From the human T2T-CHM13v2.0 reference genome, Homo sapiens: 64,000 nt of DNA. Shown piece after piece: positions 56,583 to 64,000 of this stretch (its first letter is position 1; each line of letters opens with the position of its first letter). The stretch is from NCBI RefSeq assembly GCF_009914755.1, contig NC_060937.1; one strand, 5' to 3'. The position numbers and the translations under genes are program-made. The notes beneath the pieces were generated by a model that ran no database searches, had not been told where the DNA came from, and saw only the letters and a list, made by a program, of their open reading frames with translations.

Positions 56583-57382
56583 GCAGCTGAGAATCCACAG
56601 CTCTCCTGATGCTGCTGGCTCAGGGAGCAAACTTGAAAAGCAAAGTCTTAAAGAATAAGCAAGACGTTCTGAAGCAGTGAAGAGAGTAAAAGGTGTTCAA
56701 GCAAAAAGGAAGTACATATCCAGAAAGGTGTGGAAGTCTGAAAGAGCATGGTGTGTTTGGGAAACAGCAAGACTTTAGATGAAGCAGCACCCCCAGCATG
56801 GCAAAGCAGGAGAAAAAGACAGAAAGGTAGGTGGAATCAGAATGAAGACAGCTGCAGTCTTAGTCAGGAGTATGGACTCTGCCTCCTCAATGAGAAGTGT
56901 AAAACACAGCCTCTTTTCCACAGCATATGCAGTAATAAAAATAATTACTCCAAAGTAAATATGGGTATCTGGTAGTTAATACTTCAATTACCGGCACAAT
57001 TCCTGGGTAAATGACAGGGGCATAATATGGTAACTTGATCATTACGGACCCCGTATGAGACTCCAAATTCCTAATTCTCAGATTCTCTACCCATATGTTG
57101 TTATCTCATTATGTGACATGAGAAACAATTTAAGCAGAGTAACATTCGCCTTCAAATCTACTTCACAGCAGCCTTTGAGAGGTAGGAAATTTTTTAAACT
57201 GTTCCTAGGAAGATGTGTATAATTTACATGAGAGTGTCTATTATTTTAGGTGGCTGTCTTGGAGAGAAGCAATCAGAAATAACAAACCATGATAAAGAAA
57301 GGAAAGACTGATGGGCTTGTGATCAGTGAAGGAAGGCAGTAACTATGGAAAACAACATGTCTTCACTAGGGATACTTCCACT

Positions 57383-57540
57383 AGGTGGTGGCGGGCACCT
57401 GTAGTCCCTGGAGGCTGAGGCAGGAGAATGGCGTGAACCCGGGAGGCGGAGCTTGCAGTAAGCTGAGATTGCGTCACTGCACTCCAGCATGGGTGACAGA
57501 GCGAGACTCCGTCTCAAAAAATAAAAATAAATAAAGTTTG
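57383..57540 (+). mobile_element. 5'-truncated AluY right arm
   Basis: gaatggcgtgaacccgggaggcggagcttgcag. Confidence 0.88.
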
Positions 57541-58062
57541 TAAATAAAGTTTATATTGTAAATAATAAATAAATAAAAGTTTTGGTTTTTAAAGTTTATT
57601 AAATGTTTTCTCTCACTGTAGTTAGAATTATCTAATATGTGAAATTTGCTTATGTTGAAAATTCAAGGAAGTAAATAAGTTGTACTTCAAAGAGAAAAAA
57701 ATATTATGACATTACTATCAACAATAAACCTTAGTATCATCAAGTTGTAATGTGAGATTGCGGGCAATCCAATTCACAGGAGTAAATGTGTGATTGAAGG
57801 AAGAGCTCCTTGCAAAGCTGGGTTTGGGATGGTCCTTAAAGAATAAGAAATATATTAAAATAAAAAAACTTTAAAATAAAAAAATAATCAATGGACTAGA
57901 CTTTATCTACTTTAGAAAAGTCTACTGCAGGTGAAGGGCTGTTGGCGTGAGTCCCAACAGAAGCTGGGGTGCCCACCATCTCCTAGGACAGAAGCTGTTC
58001 TGCCCACTTGGGCTTGTTTGAGCACTTCTCCTTTGTAACCTGAAGCATCAGGTATTCTAATC

Positions 58063-58281
58063 TAGTGGTTCCCCACTGGGGGTGATTTTACCCTCCAGCA
58101 GGGAATGTGGCACTATCTGGAAGCATTTTTGGCTGTCATGACTTGCAGAAGGGGGGTTGTACCTGCCATATACTGGGTAGGGCCAAGGATGCTGCCAAAC
58201 ATGGTATAATACAGAAACCGGCCCCCTCAACAAAGAATTATCCAGCCCAAAATGTCAACAGTGCTAAGGCTGAGAAATGCA
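58063..58281. mobile_element. MER20 hAT element
   Basis: gggggtgatttt...catttttggctgtca...ggatgctgccaaaca...aagaattatccagcccaaaatgtcaa. Confidence 0.9.
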
Positions 58282-59264
58282 GCACCAATCCTACCGGGAG
58301 AATTACTTTTCAAATTTGAATCTTCTTCTGTGACAAAGGAATGTGTGTCCAGAGAGTTCAGTGTATTCATCCTACATTTACATATAATTGTGTTACTCAT
58401 ATATAATCAGATATGAGTGTATATATTATGTAATTATATATCTAATATATAATTATATCCTTGATCAAGATCAATTAATTCATTGTTCCTTCCTCTTAAT
58501 TGTGCTCCTAGTAAAATGTCTTTTTTGTCTGTATATCAAGTGGTAATTCCGCTTCCCCTTTCTTTCCATACATTCTTTTGTATGACTTCTACAAAAAAAT
58601 TAAGAACATATATATGGTAACCAATTCTTTGTGTCAAATATATAATTATTACATACTAAAATATTCTAGAAGCTCAAAAATATTAAACACTTAAGTTTTA
58701 CTTTTCTGTTCACTTTAAATTGTAAACGAGTGAAAAATTCTAAGTTCGTGAGGTATGGTTATTACCCTTTGACAAACAGGAAATTGCATAAACAACCCAG
58801 GTGCTCTAAAGAAATGTACGCATGGGAAAAAAATCAAAAGGATGTGAATTGTGCTGTTAGAAGTGTATCTGCTAGATAGACACATGTGCAGGCCCATCAG
58901 TCATTACAGACTCCAAGTCACACCATGACAGAAACAAAACACCGTTCCCGAGGAAATCTTTGTTTGCAGACTGTTTCTATTAATTTATTTCACTCATGAA
59001 AAGCTAATGCTGGGGTGTCGTGTGAAGTAAAAACATTACAGTGGTTCATCATATACACCAGCAAGCAGGCTGGAAGGAAGGAGTATTGGGAGATGTGCTG
59101 ACCAGGCTTTCTACAAGCATACTCAGAGACCACAATGAAATCAACCAGTAAACAACTAGCAACACGATTACTAGTTTATTTACAATTGTGTTAAGTGCAA
59201 TGAAAGAAAAGTAGAGGATGCGTAACTAGTCTCAGGTTAAATAAGCCTCCTTTGAGGAAGATAC

Positions 59265-59563
<299 letters not shown>

Positions 59564-60347
59564 GGAAGATACTTTTAAACATGGCTAGAAGGAGGAGTGA
59601 ATTCTGAATAGTGGCTGAGTTAGTGCAAATTGAGGGGTGAGGAAATAGCATGTGCAAAGGCCCTGAAGCGCAGAATAGTTTGCCCTCTTTGAGCAGCTGA
59701 ACAGTGGCCCATTCAGTGCAGTGGTCCAGGGGAGAACAGCACACGATGAGCCCGGTAGGGTAAGCACGGTGCAGATCATACTGGGCCTTGTTAGCCATGG
59801 CAGGCATATTGAGGATTGTGTATTTCAACCTGAGCTAAATGGAAAGCCACCAAAGGGCTTTAAATAGCAGATGGCATATGGACATATACGCACTGGGATG
59901 AGGTATAGGCCTTCAGATGCAAACAGAGATGACCACATACAGACAGGTGGTGGCTACAACAATGAAAGTGAATGTCATCACCTAAAAAGAGGATGCTGGC
60001 CAAGGATGGAGCCCTCAGTAATACAAGTGCTGCTCGTAATTACCACAACCCATCCTTCTCACTCACAGTGTCCACGGCACAAAGCAGAACACAACTAAGA
60101 CAGCGGTCACACATCTTTTTCCAGATCCCGAGTAGTACTAACAGCAATTCATCACTAGCTGACTTATGTTATACCTTGTAAGCCATCTAGAGCTAAGATC
60201 AATACTAATATTATATAACTAACTCTTCACAAATGTATATTTCACATTCCAACTGGACTGTGCCTTACAGGTCCTTACATTACCCATATATTCCAATAAT
60301 CTATTTCAAAATCAAAGAATTTCTGACCTGGAGGGGATAATCTAATC

Positions 60348-60571
60348 CAAGCTTGTCCAATCCACGGCCCAGGGCCATATGTGGCCCAGGATGGCTTTGA
60401 ATGCAGCCCAACACAAATTCGTAAACTTTCACTTTCTTAAAACATTATGAGTTTTGCAATTTTTTAAAAGCTCATCAGCTATCATTAGTGTTAGTGTATT
60501 TTATGTGTGGCCCAGGACAATTCTTCTTCTTCCAGTGTGGCCCAGGGAAGCCAAAAGATTGGGCACTCCTG
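60348..60571 (-). mobile_element. MER30 hAT element
   Basis: caagcttgtccaa...ggcccagggaagccaaaagattgg...cctg; 8-bp TSD atctaatc. Confidence 0.9.
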
Positions 60572-63060
60572 ATCTAATCCTTTACCTTCCTTGGTTTTAT
60601 TGTTTATATTTCTTATTATAATAACTTGGAAGTAAGTTGCTCTGCCAATGGTAAAGCAAACAGCATAGTTTTACCCCAAAAACGCGGGTCTTCTGAAATC
60701 CAAAGAAACTCCTTGCATACTAAGTCCAATCGGTACTCATTCCTCAGCTGGCATAACAGAAAGAAGACAAGAAAAGACATGTGCTCCCCTCTCACAACCT
60801 GAATGGGAAAGGAGTATTGGGAGATGTGCTGACTATCCAGGGTTTCTACAAGAGGACAGTGGAAAAGAGGGAAAAGAGGGCTTCTCGAATGTGTAGTCAA
60901 TGTGTGCAGCAGACACTCACAGCGCACTTACCCTAGAACACGCCGCTTCGCAGGGCACCTGTGTCTGCTGCCTGCAGGCCCACACGTCTCAGGAACTAAA
61001 GCGAACACTGTAAAATCACTGAGCTGTGGCCCTCTGTGGATCACCTCACTTTCCTCTGGTTATTCAGGCAGGGTTCGCCCACCCCACGCCCAGAGGCAAA
61101 CAATAAGAAAACTTGGAGTAAAAAAGAACTTACCAATTCAGCTCAAATTTCTAACTAAAGCCTTTTATTTGACCAGCTCAGTCCTGCTGAGCCCCGCACC
61201 TCAGAGTTGCTTTGCCTAAACATCTGTAAAGAAGACCTCTCTCAAGGGCATGACAGTAAGTCTCCTGGCTGACCACTAGATTCCTATTTGCCACATGTGA
61301 AAGAAGAGCAGACCAGTAGCGATGTGAAATGAGGTTTGTCTTCAAAACCACCCACTCTTTTGATATCCTTTGTTGGTCTCTCAACACTTCCTTCCCTCAC
61401 TCCATCCACATCAGACTATTTCCAGGGATTGCCATGGGCAGCCTTCACTGTTCTTTGTGGGAATTATTTTCCTGTCTCTGTGCATTGCTGGCTTGCAATT
61501 CCAGCCCTGGCTGGTCAGGAATACTCCAGTCACCCCCTGACTTTGTGCATCTTTGTTATACAATAGAAAACATTTCCATGTGGGGATTCTGGGAGAATAA
61601 CTGAGAAGCATGCTGCTTTCCAGCCCCGTAGCTAACGAGAGGTCTGTTCTGCCAAAGTGTGGCACTGGCCCAGCCCCACCCTTGACCAACACAGCAGATT
61701 CTCCTAAGTCCCCAGGATCATCTCTGTAAAAGCCCTGAGGATTTTCTCAGACTAGGGCTGAGGCCATTCTGCTCTTCCAAGATTTGCTGCAAACCACAGA
61801 AACATCTCCAGGGTGATGGTGAGGGTGTCATGCATGTGACACCTGCCATTCTCCTCAGCTTTTCCTCTGTACTTGGTGGACCTCTGTGAATGAGTCACAG
61901 ATGAGAACAGCTGAGGTGGGGCCGGGATAGACAGTGGAGCCTTGGGGCAAGGGTGATGGCAGCTGGCAGGCATGCATCATCAGAGAAGCCAGACAGGGCA
62001 GCAAGGTCCGGGCACCCAGACACCCACAGCACACATGTCTCAATTCACTAAATGAAGTGGAAGCCCCTGAAGGTAGGACCCACCCTACCCTCAAGATGCA
62101 AACTCTGCTCACCCTCTGGGTATCCACTAAGACTGATTATTTGTCTAGGCATAGAGACAAATGGGAAACACCTGGCACCAATTATGTGTGGAGCACTCGA
62201 AAATCCTTTTTAACCTCGGATGCACTTACAGCACTCATGGCCTTGGTTTCCATCTGAATCATCCGGGCAGAGTCTCACACCAAGCTTCCAAAACCCTTTT
62301 AAGAATTTCCGAACCAAGAGACTTGGTGAAATCCATGAATGAGGAAGTCTTGTGGTACAGGAAGCATGGTCCAGGTCAGCCCCTACCCTACCCACCTGGC
62401 CTCTTCCAATCCATCACCCACCCAGGCACAGAGGAGCAACATTCTCAAATGGGGCTGAGATTAGGCTGCACGGCCCCTAATCGTCCAACTGCTAAAGTCT
62501 AGGCACAGACTCGTTGGGACCCCTCATCTCACCCTCCAATGATTACCATATAGTCATGGAGAGAGGCGAAGGCACAGACAATCCAAGGCCTTCCAGATTT
62601 CCCTGTGGGTCTGAGCAACCAGGCTCATCTTCCTAATGGTGTTTCACTTTGGGCTACTGTCAAAATTAGTTTGCAACCCCAAACTCACAATAAGTGGGTG
62701 GTGGAGGAAGCCAACCATAGTGTCCTTGGGGCTGGAGAAAGGGAAGCAAGCTCGGATCACACTTTTGCTACGTGAATCACCTAACCACAGATAACAGGGT
62801 GACAGGAAGTCAATGATTTGTATCATCTCCCCCTTTGACTCTTGAGATAAAAAGACCTAACCCAAACTTCAGAGAGTCACTGGCAATGGAGGCTAAGACA
62901 CTGCAGATGTGGGGAATAAAAGCCCAGTGTGGCGATTCCCTGAGTTCCTTGAATAGTCTTTCCAACTAATTAATCTTCTTGTTCACATGTTCAGAGGGTG
63001 AGTGTGTGACCTGGAACACAGGTCATAGGAGCAGCTTATGAACAGATGTGTGCACGCATG

Positions 63061-63106
<46 letters not shown>

Positions 63107-63130
63107 CTCTCTCTCTCTCTCTCTCTCTCT
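63061..63130. repeat. (CA)n(CT)n compound microsatellite
   Basis: Directly visible. Confidence 0.97.
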
Positions 63131-64000
63131 GGAAGGTGACTAATGAGAGGATACCAAAACAACCCTTCTTTTAACAAGAAAAGCAAAAATAGTTTTAAAT
63201 TGGCTTTTAAAATCTCATTTCCTAATAGAAGGATTTCTTGAATGATGATTTCCCTTGCTTGTTTCCAGATCATCTGGCCTTCTCCTGAATTCTCCAGTTG
63301 CCTGATTTGAGCCAAGTCCTGCGTGTCTGGGGTTGCAGGACAGACAACATAAACAGTACTAAAACTTATCCTCAGTGTTTCTTTCTTTTCATGTTTCTTT
63401 TTTAACAGAAAGAGGGCGATTCAAAATTATAAAAATGGAAAAGGGTTTAAATTACTGATGCACAGAGAGGTTGTTTTTAAAATTAAGACCATTCCTGCAT
63501 ACTTTGCCTTTGGATGGTGTCCAGCATTTTTCAGATAAACATGCATCTGCACAAACTATCAGCGTTTCCACTTGTTTTACAAAACTGGTCACAAAGAGTA
63601 TGATTTGGACAGAAGCCTGTATCCTTCTGTAACACAACAGCCCAGTCCAAAAGGTGGTTGAATGCTAAGGGTGAAAAGTGAAAACGGAAATTCAGTATCA
63701 AATCTCTTGCACCAAAGTTCCCAGGCACCATGACCACTCCCTGCCTTGTTATTTGGCAAAGAACTGGTTAAAAAAAGAAAAAAAGAAGAAGAAGAAAGCA
63801 ACAATAAGACGATATACACTTTTGGGGAGTAGCTAAAATGTTTAGGGCTCTGCCTGCCTTAATACTCAACCTACCTGACCCCCTAAATCAGTTTGGTAAA
63901 AGCAAGATGACCTGATCTGATTCTGGGATCTGGGAGAAAATACACGCAGAAGGGGCTCCTATCACCAACTCTCATTATAAATATGCCACAATCCTTTTCA

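Noticed and set aside
57896-57925. Short hairpin tagactttatcta/tagaaaagtcta
   Set aside because: 12-bp AT-rich stem with a bulge; too short for an RNA gene and plausible by chance.

Overview
Primate (very likely human) genomic DNA lying within the 5' part of DOCK9 (zizimin-1, a Cdc42 GEF), transcribed on the minus strand. Two coding exons are visible. One is an alternative first coding exon at 41560-41685 (MQADKCRTSS...SPGPVP). The other is the shared 117-nt exon at 19333-19449 ([14 protein letters not shown]...PYDDFQ). They join in phase 0 across a ~22.1 kb intron. Everything else is intron: about 21 Alus, L1/L2/MIR relics, MaLR/ERVL LTRs, many hAT/Tigger DNA-transposon fossils, microsatellites, and a processed RPL7L1 pseudogene inserted into the middle of an AluJ. 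I see no foreign, prokaryotic-like or CRISPR-like sequence and no convincing new protein-coding gene; almost all ORF-track entries are Alu-derived or chance ORFs. I cannot claim a new biological system. The best leads cluster within ~2 kb of the alternative DOCK9 start: an in-frame acceptor 6 nt before the ATG, a TAG|GTAAGT recursive-splice or 43-nt poison-exon candidate, and a 49-triplet CAG/TAG/CGG compound repeat. Further leads are the nested Alu/retrocopy and several small duplications. Gene and repeat names are from recalled sequences, not database searches; repeat boundaries are approximate unless TSDs are quoted.
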